Origin: Callorhinchus milii
Lineage: Eukaryota
Direction: 5' to 3'
Assembly: GCF_018977255.1 (NCBI RefSeq)
Contig: NW_024704743.1
Location: 4,094,001 to 4,158,000 of the forward strand
Length of the DNA: 64,000 bases
This document shows positions 11,241 to 23,472 of this stretch, one piece after another (position 1 is the stretch's first letter; every line of letters starts with the position of its first letter). The notes under the pieces are model-generated. The model was not told where the DNA came from, ran no database searches, and saw nothing but the letters and a program-made list of their open reading frames with translations. The translations under genes and the position numbers were made by a program.

Positions 11241-13356
11241 ATCGGCAAAGAGCTCAAAGATCCCAAAACGTGACGCCGTTTGGTTGTGCGACCAGCCTAG
11301 TTGTTGCTGAACGACTAGTCATGCCGGTACAACCAGCTGCACAGTGTCGAGGGGTTGTAAAGTGAAACGTTCAGTGCAGAAAATGCTTGTGAAGAAAACG
11401 TTAACAGTGCTGGGCTTGTTCATAGACGGACCCTAGTTGAAGCACAAGTCTTTCCCCCTCTCCCCCACTCGCCCTGCCAGGGCTTTCAAAATGGTGATAT
11501 CTGTCAGGCTGACAGACTCGTCTCGTGGATCACAGCCCTTGACAGTAACAGCCTTGGGATCACAGAGGCCACTAATTCTTTTAGTAGCCAAATAAAAAAA
11601 GTTCAACAAGCCTGTATTCCACTTACCCTCAGTTAAGAGGTGCAAACTTCCAATGCAGTGGTTCGGCTTCCCTTTGGGTGGTGCTCCTTGGTGTTGGGGG
11701 GGTGGGTGGGGGAGGGGTATACAACTATACACAGTCACTACACTTTACAGTATAGGAAGCACTTTTTGGAGACGTCCTCCTGATGTGAAAGGCGCTTTAT
11801 CGGATGCAAAGATCATCATTATTATTCGATGCGTTTGAATTTTCAATGCTGTTGAGGAGGTTCGTACGTAACTGGTCTGCTTGGCCTGGTATCTAATGAT
11901 GATACTCGCGAACCACGCATCGAATCAATGAGGTATTTCCCGCAGGATTGGAACAATCTGAAAAGTGGCCTCAATTAATAGGCGCCACTTCCTCTAATAT
12001 CAAGCACCGTACTTCAGAATGTCTAAACGAAATTACAGACTCATTTAAAGAAAAACATTTTACTGAGTTAAATGAAGCCCCATGAGCGGCAGAGATAAAG
12101 TGCAATCTGTGTCAACCACAACAAAAAAGATTGATGCGGGATCGATCCATCAATTTCCAGTTCATCTGAACGATAATCTGGTGGTTTGGAAGCAGTCATG
12201 CTCCTCCAAGTCATTACTAACAGCGAATTCTCGCTGACTTCTGCTGGAGCTGTCGACGTACCTTCAGGCAGCCTCCGCTGTGTGTAATGACTGAGCGAGT
12301 GAGTCAATAATTGTCGTGGTGTAATAGGTGTCATTTATATCTATCCAGGGTACACTTAAAACAATCTGTTTCGACCGCAAGATGCATTGCTTGGATGGAT
12401 ATTCTGAAGGATTTTGCAATGTAGGAATGCACATTTCCTGGCGGAACCACGCATTATTCTTTCTTCCTGCTTTGTACCCTTAATTTCATAGAATCAGAGA
12501 ATCCTGCAGCACAGAAGGAGGTCATTCGGTCCATCGTTTCTATGCTAGCTCTTTGAAAGAGCTATCCAACTAGTCCCACTCCCTCGCCCTTACCCCGTAA
12601 TTTCAAGCCCTTCTATACAGATTAAAAATATAAGAACAATCCTTGCATTTCATATAGTCTTTTCACGTCAGAAGGACTTCACAGGAAATTGCAGTGACCC
12701 TGTAGTTTGTAGTTGAGCGCAGCAGCTGATTTGAGCACAGCAATGTCTTACACACAGCCACAAAATGAAGCCACAACCAATTTTACCCGGAGGATTGTTA
12801 ATCAGGACTCCAGGAGGAACTCCCTTTCTTTTTGAGTTGTGTCAATATCTACCTGAACATACAGACAAGACCTCAGTTTAATTTCTCATACAAGACTGTA
12901 TGAGTCCATCTAGTCTCCTGCCTCGGAGGCGAGAGTGCTGGATGTCTTTTGCATTCTTTGTTAATACAATAGGTTACCTACCGATGGCCCCCCTGTTGTG
13001 TTGTAGACCTTGTCGGTTCTATGTCTTGTCGGAGCCCTCATTAAAGGGTGTCACACCAGCTCACTCAGCTTCCAATTCATTTCATTTCACACCTGGCCCA
13101 AGCCCAGCATTGCTTATGGTGTGATCTGCTAGAATGTGTTTTGTCAAAATGAACACGTTCAAACCTACAGCCTGTGCTGAGTTAGCTGATACTCAGCTGC
13201 GGTTATGAATTGACTTTGTGATTTAGATACGTAAAATACCCACTCTTCTGAGCCCCAAATTCCAGCTTGTCGTACCCTGCAATACTGATAACCCTTGCAT
13301 TTGATGTAGTGCCTCATCACGTCGTCGAGCTGTCTCAAAGCGCTGTAAGAATACTT

Positions 13357-13660
13357 TAGGTGTCAGCCTGGCTCATTTGGCAGCATTCTTGCCTGTCAGA
13401 GGGCTGAGTCAGAGTTGCTGTGGATTTCAAGCCCCGCATTAGGATTTGGAACTCAATATAGTCCAGGCTGATATTCCAATTCAATGCTGAAGGAGCACTG
13501 CATTGTTGGAGGTGCCATCTTTCGGATGACATGTTAAACTGTGGTCTTAGCTGTCTGTTCAGGTGGCTGTTAAAGAGCCTATGGCACGATTCGAAAAGAG
13601 AAAGGAGTTCCTCAGGGTGTCCTGGCCAACAAACCCCCAAATATTATCAGTGAGTCACTT
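13357..13660 (+). mobile_element. Old Deu-domain SINE (5' two-thirds)
   Basis: tRNA-like head (agcctggctcatttggcagcattcttgcc) followed by ggaggtgccatctttcggatgacatgttaaac...ttcaggtggctgttaaagagcctatggcac. Confidence 0.75.
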
Positions 13661-15324
13661 TATGGCTGAACTCGCTCCTCCCTCACCCGACTTAATGAGA
13701 GGTCGATAGAGAGTGATCAGAAAAGGGAACCTAGGGAATATTTCATCCCTGAAGGCCAAGTCGGCAGCTCCTGGAGAGAATGGGAACAGCAGCACTTATA
13801 TACCGTCTTTCACTTTGTTAAGTATCTCAAAGCACTTTGCAGAGATGCTGTGGGAGCGTAGGACAGGGAGGGGGCTGTCAGCCTTTATCGGAAAGGGAAA
13901 CAAAAGAGTTCTGCAGATTTCTCTGAAGAAATATCAAAACAAATTGAAATAATTGAACTGGAGCAAATCTCCCGTCTGCTGTGGCGAGAACTCTGCCCCA
14001 CAGCGAATGTGACATAATTACAATACAATACAAAATTACATTTGTACAGCGCCTTTCACATCGGGAGGACGTCCCAAGGCGCTGGACAGTCAAGGATTTG
14101 GACCCGAGCGAGGCGAAGGGAATGTGGGATGGAGTTCCATAGGGTGGGAGCAGAAAGACTGAAGATCTGATGGATTGGGGCTCAGGCTTCTCCTGGCTGT
14201 TGCCTGAAAATACCTTACAGCAAAGATATTGAATAGATAATCCATGCATTTGATATAGAGACTTACCACATCATTGAGATATAATAATAATAATAATAAT
14301 AATCCTAGCAATTGATATTGTGTCTTATGAGGTCATTGAGATGTCTCAAAGCGCTTCACAGAATATATTGTGAAGTAGATTAACTGTGTATTTTATGGGC
14401 GAAACGCCACAAAATACATCTCAAAGCCCTTCCCAGAATTTACTGTAAAGTGTAGTGACCATGACTCGTAGGCAAATATATGCAGAGCGTAGACTGTTCT
14501 GGCAAGTAAGGTGGTAGAAGCAGAGTCCATTGTGGCTTTCAAGTGGGACACAGACAGGCATGTGAAAGTTAAAGGCGTGTAGGGATATGCGGAAAGAGCA
14601 GGGCAGTGGGATTGATGGACACCTGGTTCTGAGAGCCAGTGCAGGCTCAATGGGCTAAATGGCCTCCTTCTACACCGCAGATATTTATGAGTTGATAACC
14701 ATTCCTTTCAGGAATGTGAAGGCTTGCAGTCTGTAGCTTTTGGGGTTCATTTCCTACCTTTGGCAACGTCAACATTTCTTCCACTGGGTTTGTACAAGGG
14801 CGTCTCAGGGGCCTTCAATAAACTTACATTGAAAGAAATCGAAGCAGGTTGCCTCCTGTGTGAATCCCTGTAAATCCCTCAGGCAGTGCCTCAGATGGAT
14901 TAAGTGCATCTCATGGGGGTTCATTCTGAGTCATTCAGATCAAGAAGACTCTGGTACCATCCCTGCTCTGTGCTCTGTTAGTTAATCTCATGTGGGATAG
15001 CGGTGGGAGCTCTACCATTGAGATTTTTTTCTAGGCCACAGAAGGCTTGGGGGTAGGAGTGGGTAGAAAAAGATCAATAGAGGCCTCTGTGGTTTTCTTA
15101 GAATGTAAGGTCATCTCCTCCCTCCCCTTCCTCTCCCACATACCCCTAATCCTCACATCCTCTCAATATGAAAGGCTCTAAATAAATGCGCATACACAAT
15201 GGCAAGGCTTGCTTCTCGACTAACAAACTATATATCTGTCTGCCTTGCCACCCATCCATCCATCCATTCATCCATCCATGTAGAGGTAATAACCCCTTCA
15301 AATAAAAAGAAAAGAAAAATTATA

Positions 15325-15518
15325 ATTTGGTCACTTCAATCCATGACTGTTTGTGGGACACCACTGTGCGCAATTGGCTGCCACGTTTTGCCCACAAAAT
15401 ATACAGTCGATTCACTTTTTTGTATATCCTGTGAAGCGCTTTGAGGGGTCTCGAACACGTGATAGGCGCTGTGTCAAATGCAAGGGTTACTATCATCATT
15501 ATTATTATTATTATTATT
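15325..15518 (+). mobile_element. SINE 3' half ending ~36 nt upstream of the exon 3 acceptor
   Basis: ttggtcacttcaatccatgactgtttgtgggac...gtgaagcgctttgag...gataggcgct...(tat)n matches the other SINE copies. Confidence 0.9.
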
Positions 15519-15554
15519 GGACCAGAGCTGTACCACGTTGTTGTACTTTAACAG

Positions 15555-16513
15555 GTACCAGCAGCGTCGAGGTAAAGGAGAATCGCAACGTGGGCAACTT
15601 GTCGTTGGAAGACCACACGCGGGCACCTGGCGAGAGGCAGGTCTTACGCTGCTCGGAGGTTGCAAGAAGAGGAACATCTGGGCTGAAGAGAAAGAGACCC
15701 CTGGAGGAAGGCAATAACGGGCACATGCACCCAAAGGTGCAGCTGAAATGCAAGAAGCTGTCGTGGTCTGTGACCCCCAAGAACGCTCTGGTGCAGCTGA
15801 ACGAACTCAAGCCGGGCTTGCAGTACAGGCTGGTCTCTCAGACTGGACCGGTGCACGCGCCCATATTTGCCATTGCAGTCGAGGTTAACGGGTTAGTATT
15901 TGAAGGCACGGGACCTACCAAAAAGAAGGCCAAGATGAGGGCTGCAGAAATGGCCCTGCAGTCCTTTGTGCAGTTTCCCAACGCCTCCCAGGCTCACTTT
16001 GCCATGGGCAGCTGCGTGAACCCGGGCACGGACTTCACGTCCGACCAGGCTGACATCCCCAGCACACTGTTCAAAGAGTTTGAGCCGTCCGCCCAGAGCC
16101 ACGGCTTGCCTTGCTGCAGCCCCGCCGGCAATGACTTGCTATACAGCGCTTGTCGCCGCGGGCGGTTACTCTGCCACACTTTGGATTTAATGGTCCAGAC
16201 CAAACACGGCAAGCACGGGCCAGGCCTGCCGTTCCCAGCAGCGAGCAGGAAGAATCCAGTCGAGATGTTAAATGAGCTGCGACCCGGACTGAGCTACGTG
16301 TGCCTCTCGGAGATGGCGGAGAAGCACGTGAAAAGCTTTGTGATGGCAGTCAGCGTGGATGGGAGGACATTTGAAGGCTCAGGACGCAGCAAGAAGCTGG
16401 CCAAAGCCCAAAGCGCACAGGCTGCTCTGCAGACTCTCTTTAATATCCAGCCAGTACCCAGTGGAAAGCTTTGTCGCACGCCTGGCAGGAATAAACGTCC
16501 TCATTTGCCACAG
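15555..16513 (+). CDS. ADARB2: ADARB2 large coding exon (exon 3 equivalent), 959 nt: KRKRP NLS-like motif, dsRBD1 (~15776-15967) and dsRBD2 (~16250-16441)
   Basis: Lies within ORF 15353-16561. Acceptor tactttaacAG|GTACC (phase 1), donor CCACAG|GTGAGA (phase 0). Peptides [48 protein letters not shown] and [23 protein letters not shown] match recalled ADAR3 better than ADAR2. Confidence 0.96.
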
Positions 16514-16619
16514 GTGAGAATTGGCTGCCAGCTATTGGCAGACCTTGGAACTTCACCATAGGTTATTGGCAGAGCTTAACAGCTTTCGTTTACACAGATG
16601 GTTTTGGGGAGGGAACGTG

Positions 16620-17035
16620 GAAAATATATAAGGAATGGGAGTAGGCCATTCAGCCCCTCAAGACTGTTCCGCCATTCTATAAGATCATGGCGGAACTGTA
16701 CCTCAACTCCAATTACCCGCCTTTGCCCCATATCCCTTGGTACCCTGACCTAACAAACATCTATCCACATCATTCCCGAAAATTTGTGCATCCGCAGCCT
16801 TTAGCGCCTTGGGACGTCCTTCTGACGTGAAAGACGCTATGCAAATGGAATTTGTTGTTGTTGTTGTTGTTGTTTTGGGGGGAGAGAGAGTTCCAGATTT
16901 CCACTGCACTTTGTGTGAAAAATTGCCTCTTGATTTCATTCCTAAATGGCTTAGCTCTAATATTAAGAGTAGGTACCCCTGTTCTGGATTTACCTCCCTC
17001 CCACCCCGATGAAATACTTTCTCGGTAGCTACCGT
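16620..17035 (-). mobile_element. CR1 LINE 3' end interrupted by a + strand L2 tail (~16803-16874)
   Basis: Peptide NIRAKPFRNEIKRQFFTQSAVEIWNSL and CR1-type 3'UTR (ggagtaggccattcagcccctc). The inserted piece is agcgccttgggacg...(ttg)n. Confidence 0.8.
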
Positions 17036-19304
17036 ATAGGGGGTTGTGGGCAATATAATACAATAAACATTTATTTAGCTCCTTTCACGACAGGAGGACG
17101 TAAAAGTGCTTCACAATGCTGGGTGGGAGCTGAGGAGGGTGGGGAGGCGAAAGCGGGTCAAAGAAGTAGGTTTTGAGATGTGTTTGGAAAGAGGGGCGAG
17201 AGGGAGGGAGGGAGCGAGCGAGTTGGAGGGACACTGGGGTGGAGGAGTGGGGGAAATGACTTTGATAAACTTCTGTGACTCTCTGCCCCCACCCTTTGGA
17301 ACTCAATCCCACAATCCCTTCGCCTCGCTCCCTGTGCCTTGGGATGTCCTCCCAACGTGATTAAGTGCTTTACAAATGTTATTTTGTTGTTGTTGTTGTT
17401 GTGTTGCTGCGACGAGATTAGGAATTAGCGGATTGTTTTACCGATAATTTTACTTGAACAACTTTCAACTGCGGGACACTTTTCTCACCGTTTCTGGGTT
17501 TGAGGACTGGGAACGTGAAGATAATAATGACGGGTCGGGCACTTTCGAAGGCTGTAAAAAAAAATACGTTACTCTAAGCTGCCTGACCTGAATCCGATTC
17601 CCTTTGAAACTGGTGCACACTGGGGGTAATGCCAAAAGGGTTACACTGTTTAATGCCGGTGACAGAGAATCCAAGGTTATTCAGTGGTTTTAAATGGAAA
17701 TTTGACCTGAAATTCCTTGGGTGTTTGATGATGGGTCGGACATCATTTGCAATGCTAAGAGTTTTCACAACAATGCAGCCTTTCCAATGAGACGGGTTTG
17801 AGATCTGACAGAACAGCGTGTTGTCCAGCTCCTCGGGACTTCCTCCCAACGCGAAAGGCGCCAAACGAATGTAATTTGGTACTTTGTTGTTCCTCTCCGC
17901 TAGCACGTAATCGTCATGGCCAACACAAAGACAAGACAGGAATAAACTCCACCATCTGTGTGTGTGTGTATGTTATCCCTATAGCAGGGAAGCGTGAAAA
18001 ATATTTTTTGTCAGAGGAACATGGGCCAGAATCTTCACCAGGGTTTGACAAGGTCACTAAATTGGTTTCGATGAAGAAGCCTCTTTGGCCTATCCAATCT
18101 CATCCCTTCATAATAATGATGATGATAATAATAATTCTTGAATTTGATCTAGCGCCTTACCACGTCAGGGTTTCCGTGTGATCCCCTCCCCTTCAAATAA
18201 AACTAGCGTTCTATCGACTTGATCAAGACACTTAGAAGAAGAAGTTGGTTGCAGTCATTGGCTGTGATCGGAGGATAACCCTTCAGGAGAGAAGGCTTGA
18301 AGATGGCACTGACGGCTGGTTTGGGATCAATTAAGGTGCCTCAGTCCACATGCCAAAAAACCCCAACACCGGTCTGACAACCTCAGAATCCATCTTAAAG
18401 TAGAAGTAGCGAGAATCATGGTACAAGCCCAGCGAAGCACAAAATGTTCACTTAGATCTGTCAGAGCACCACATGTGAAATCTGACCTTTGAATTACTCT
18501 AGCGGTTGTTTAACTGCTAAGTCAAACTGCAGTCGTTCTTTTGTTCTCAATAGCACCATCCTCACAGGCGTCGTTTTTTGGTTGCGAATCCTCGACACAA
18601 TTTGAGGTGTCTCATCGAAATAGACAACGTGTCATTTCTACGTGAGGACTGTTTTTTTCCGACCCATTTGATACAGCGGCTTATCACCGAAATGTGCATG
18701 GTGTGTTATATGGTCAAATGGTTCACCCATAAATATACAGTCAATTCACTTTACAGTATATTCTGTGAAGCGCTTTTGAGACGTCTAGAAGACGTGAAAA
18801 GCGCTATATCAAATGCAAGGATTATTTGATTATTATTATTATTAACTGTAGTGACTGTGTATTTGTTGGAGTGAGGCCTAACGTGGAAACCATTGGCAAA
18901 ACATCAATGGCGAAAGTTGTCAGGGTTAAGGTAGAATTTGTTCCATCGACTTACAATTTCTTTGAAACCAGAGTCCCTTTTGATGCTTTCCTCGAAATAG
19001 GATAATGATTTCTGCAGAAAATATTTGGTTACATGGCGGAGTTTCCATGGAGCTATTACCGCAGCCTTCAACTCACATCCTCCCCCTCCCACCCGTTGTC
19101 AGTGTCTGTCTGAGCCCCAAAACAGGTGTTCCCATAGTTTAGTGGTTTGCATGCTCACATCACTCAAATCACTAAAACACTGCTGTGTGCAATTGGCTGC
19201 CGCATTTCGCCCACAAAATATTACAGTCCATCCACTTACAATATATTCTGTGAAATGCTTTCAGACATCTCAATAATGCGATAAAGCTCTATATTAAGTG
19301 CATT

Positions 19305-19700
19305 ACCTTAGTATTGTGCCTTTCACATTGGCAGGACATTTCAAAGGACTTCGCTGAATATACTGTACAATGTAGTGTCTATGTATTTTGTAGACAAACC
19401 CAGCAACCAATTTGCAAGCCGCAGTGTCCCACAAACAGCCGTGAAGTGAATAGACGATTTTATCTGGGAGATTGTTAGTCAGAACACTGGGAGAAACTGC
19501 CTTCATTTTTTTGATAGTCCCATGGGATCTTCAACATCCATCTGAACAGCCAGACAGAACCTCAGTTTGATATCTTGTCCGAAAGGTCCCACCTCCGTCA
19601 ACCCAGCACTGCACGTGGAGTTTCAGCCTTGACTGTGAACGATGTGGGGTTTGAACCCTTAATTTTCTGACTCAGTGCGTCCGACTGAGCCAGGCTGACA
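19305..19700 (-). mobile_element. Old Deu-domain SINE, tail-to-tail with a + strand SINE tail at ~19180-19300
   Basis: Contains cccatgggatcttcaacatccatctgaacag and ends in ctgagccaggctgac (head on the minus strand). Confidence 0.75.
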
Positions 19701-20375
19701 GGCTAATATAATGGAGTGGTGAGAGGGGTTGCTAGGTGAAAGCTATCCAGTTTAGAGGATGATGGAGGGGTTTACATCTACAGTACGCTGCACTTAATGT
19801 AATGCTGAAGATAGCCCTGGGCTGTCAGTATTTACCATCACAGGCATGAATATACAGTAGCTTCCAAAACTTGAATGCTCCTCTCCAGGAAGCACTGGTC
19901 TAAAGGGACACAACATACCAAAATGGAAGGCTATGCAAAGGCATGTTATACAGTTGTTTAAATTGCTTAACCCTATAACTGCTTGGGCAGAGAGGACTTA
20001 AATCAACACACGAGTCACTTCTGACTGGGGGCAAAACAGCTTGCACATTTCGTGGTCAATTACGTGTGCTAAGTAATTCATCTTATTAAACCCTTGGGCC
20101 AGGAGTGTGAACACGATTGTTATAATGTGTTCACACAACATGCAATTATTTTCCTTGCCGCCTGCAGTGAAACTGCCTTTAACAGAGCAGCTGACAAATC
20201 CCACTGTGCTGCTCTGTCCTGGAACCAGGCCTGTACTAAGGCATTCTGGCAATGTCATCCCAGGCTCCTCCTATTGCTGAGCACTGACTGAGGAGTGCTT
20301 CAGGCTCGTAGCGATCTCATCCCATTGTTTCGGGTACGGAATCGCCCTTTCGTTCGTCCAAACAAGGGCTACAAA

Positions 20376-20712
20376 GGACCCGGGTTCGATTCCCAGGCAG
20401 GGCAAAACCTTTGGCAAGTTTCCTTAGTCCACAAGCCTCTGTTTACCTAGGAAGTAAGTAAGAACCCGGTTGTTCGTCACTTGGTGGATCGCTTTCCAGG
20501 GGTAATAAGCTCTCCAAAAGAAACTGGGTCGCTCAATCCACGACCGTTTTGTGGGCCACTCCTGTTGTGCAATTGGCTGCCGCGTTTCTCCCACAAGATA
20601 CACAGTCGCTACACCTTACAGTATATCCTGTGAAGTGCTTTGAGACCTCTCGGTGACGTGATAAGGCGCTGTATCAAATGCAATGATTATTTTTATTAAT
20701 ATTATTATTATT
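20376..20712 (+). mobile_element. Young tRNA-derived SINE, long-body variant, 5'-truncated
   Basis: B box gggttcgattccc, body ggcaagtttcctta...gtaagtaagaacccggttgtt, tail stem-loop and (TAT)n. Confidence 0.9.
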
Positions 20713-20919
20713 AGCCCCTTCAAAGTAAATGGGAAAAATATGAAGAAGCGTTTGGATTGCGCTTTTCATGTCAGGAGGGACGTCTCAAAGCGTTCCAGAG
20801 GACATACTGTAAAGGGGGCACGACTGCATTTTGTAGGCGAATGTGAGACCTAATTTGCACACAGCCATTGGTATTATGTAAGATGTATTTTATCCGAGTG
20901 AGACTATATAGGGTGCCTC

Positions 20920-21298
20920 GTACCCCAGTGGCCTTTGTCACCTCTCGGCTGGACCACTCTAACGCCCATCCACCATCATCCATAAAATCCAAATCATTCA
21001 AAACTCTGCCGCCCGCATTCCCCCGAGTCCTCCCCTCCACCCTAGGTGGCCGTGCCTTCAGCCACTATGCCCCGAGGCTCTCGAACTGCCTTCCTCACTC
21101 CCTTCGCCTCGCTCCCTCTCTTTCTATTTTCAGGTCTCTGCTGAAGACCTTTCCTTTTGACCGCGCCTTTGGTCACCTCCACCACCCCCCCCCCCCCACC
21201 TCCCTCTGACTCGGTCCCGGAATCCGTTACTGTAAAGCGCTCTGAGACGCCATCCGGCGTGGAAGGCGCTATATAAATCCAAGTTGTTGTTGTTGTTG
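20920..21298 (+). mobile_element. L2 LINE 3' fragment with internal deletion
   Basis: Peptides AFVTSRLDHSN and GGRAFSHYAPRLSNCLP, followed by a (TTG)n tail. Confidence 0.8.
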
Positions 21299-22164
21299 GT
21301 GGGGTATAGAGATACACACCACGAGTGACCAATTTTATTCGGGAGATTGTTGGTCAGGATTCCAGAAGAAACTCCCTTCTCGTTTCAAAATGTGGGATCT
21401 GTTACGTCCACCTGAACTGGCAGACAGGCTTAGTTTAACATCTCATCAGAACAATGCAGCACCTCTCTATAATAATGATAATAATAATTAATAATAATCA
21501 TCCTTGCATTTTGATATTTCGCTTTATCACGTCTTCTAGACGTCTCAAAGAGCTTCACAGAATATACTCCTACCTGCCTGTAAACACTCTTACCTGACTA
21601 CTTGGGACTTAATCCTATTAGTCAAAGGTCGGATGTCATCGTGCATGCTTAAATCTTCTTATCTCCACGGAGGGATCATCTCCGGGGCGCTGATAGTAAA
21701 GGTCACCAAAGGTGTCTCAACAAATGCCATTCCTCCAATTTCGTGAAGTGGCTGAATCCAATATACAGGCGACAGCATTTTACTTGTAAAATACGAGGTC
21801 TCACAGCATCAAAATGTTCTGCACAGGCAGAATGGGCAAATATGTTTTACATCAGGTTGAGCTTGTTTTATCTTTAATGGAGGAAGGAATTTGTTGTCAG
21901 TGAATAAAATTGAGCACCAATTGGGGAGGACAAATTTGCAAGGCTTTAGGGATAGAGCGGGGGAGTGAGATTAATTTGGGTAGCTCTTTCAAAGAGCCAG
22001 CACAGGCACAAAGAGCCGAATAGCCTCCTTCTGTGTTGTATAATCCTATGACTCTATAAGGTGGAGGGGGATGTGACTGCAGAGGTTGAAGAGGTAGGTT
22101 TTAGGGAGGGATTTAAAGACAGATAGATCGGAGGTGTAAATGTAATTTTTTATGTTGTTTTGCT

Positions 22165-22720
22165 GTTGTGGCCCTTCACGTCAAGATGGCGCCTCAAAGT
22201 GTTTGACAGGCTTTACTGCAATGCAGTGGAGTGACTGTATTTTGTAGGTGAACCCAGCAGCCGATTCTCACGCATCATCGTTCCACAAACAGCCATCGGG
22301 TGAGTGATTTAATTTATCGGGGGGATTGTTGGCCTGGGCACCAGGAGAAACTCCTTTGTATTTTCGAATAGTGCCAAGGATCACTATTAAAGGATCTTTA
22401 ACGTCCACTTGAATAGGCTGATAGGACCTTGGTTTAAAGGATAGTACCTCCAACCATGCAATGCTCCCTCCAGTACTGTTTTGAATTGTGAGCTGAGACT
22501 GCGATCTCAAAAACCCTCATCATAGAATTCTACCGCACAGAAGGAGGCCATTCGGCCCATCGTGTCTGTGCCAGCCCTTTGAAAAGAGCTATCCAATTCA
22601 ATCCCACTCCCCCGCTCTCTTCCCCAAAGCCCTGCAAACTTGTCCTCCCCAAATAATTATCACGTGGGACTTGAACTCACAACCTTCTGACAGAGAGACA
22701 AGTGTGCTACCAGTTAGACC
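22165..22720 (-). mobile_element. Deu-domain SINE interrupted by a CR1 3'-end fragment (~22520-22652)
   Basis: The SINE body resumes after catagaattctaccgcacagaaggaggccattcggcccatc...gcaaacttgtcctccc. The same CR1 end recurs at ~12490, ~21920, ~42985 and ~59810. Confidence 0.7.
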
Positions 22721-23472
22721 AGGTTTATATAGATACCAATACGTTATAAGCTGACATGTGTTTAATTCTCTCCCGCTTAATGTGTTTGCTAAGGCTTCTG
22801 TCTCATGACTGGTGAAGAAGGTAATGAATACATCAGTTCTCACCACACTTCCTAGTCATTTACATGCTGGTATATATGCTTCTCTTCAAACCCCTCAAAC
22901 CGGTGTGTAGAATTGATTTCCTTTGTACAGCGCTAAGTATCTTATGAACGGAACACAACTAACGTGTGTTGTCTTATCCAAAGAGATGGTTTATTTCCAC
23001 TTCGTGGGTCTGTTGAATCCTGCTGATGCACCCCGGGCCTGGGATGGGGAGGTGGGTGTCGTGCTGTTGGAGGTGCCGTTCATTGGATGAGATATTAAAC
23101 TGGTCAAGTGGACGTCAAAGTGGTACCAATCGTAAGGAGAAGAAAATTTCTCCCGCTGTCCTGACCATCAATACCCCGAAATAAAATGTTTATTTTTTTT
23201 TTCTTTTCATGGCTGTTTGTGGGCCATTGCTGTGCACAAATTGGCTGGCATGTCCGTCTACAAACACATAGGCAATATGCTTTGGAGTAAAATCCCGTGA
23301 GGCACTTGGGAGGCATCTCGATGATGTGATAAAGCGCCAGGCCAAACACAAGGATTATTATATGTGGTTTCAACCAGACGCAGAAGGAAAATGGAGCGGC
23401 AGTTTTCAGGAATGTTACTAACCCTGTGATGCGATCCCAATCTTGGTCATTCTCTCTTTCGTTGAAGGCATA

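Noticed and set aside
15353..15554. N-terminal 67 codons of the 402-aa ORF (MGHHCAQL...HHYYYYYYW)
   Set aside because: This is SINE and intron sequence that happens to be open. ADAR3 similarity starts at the AG acceptor (15555), and the residues after 16513 are likewise intronic.
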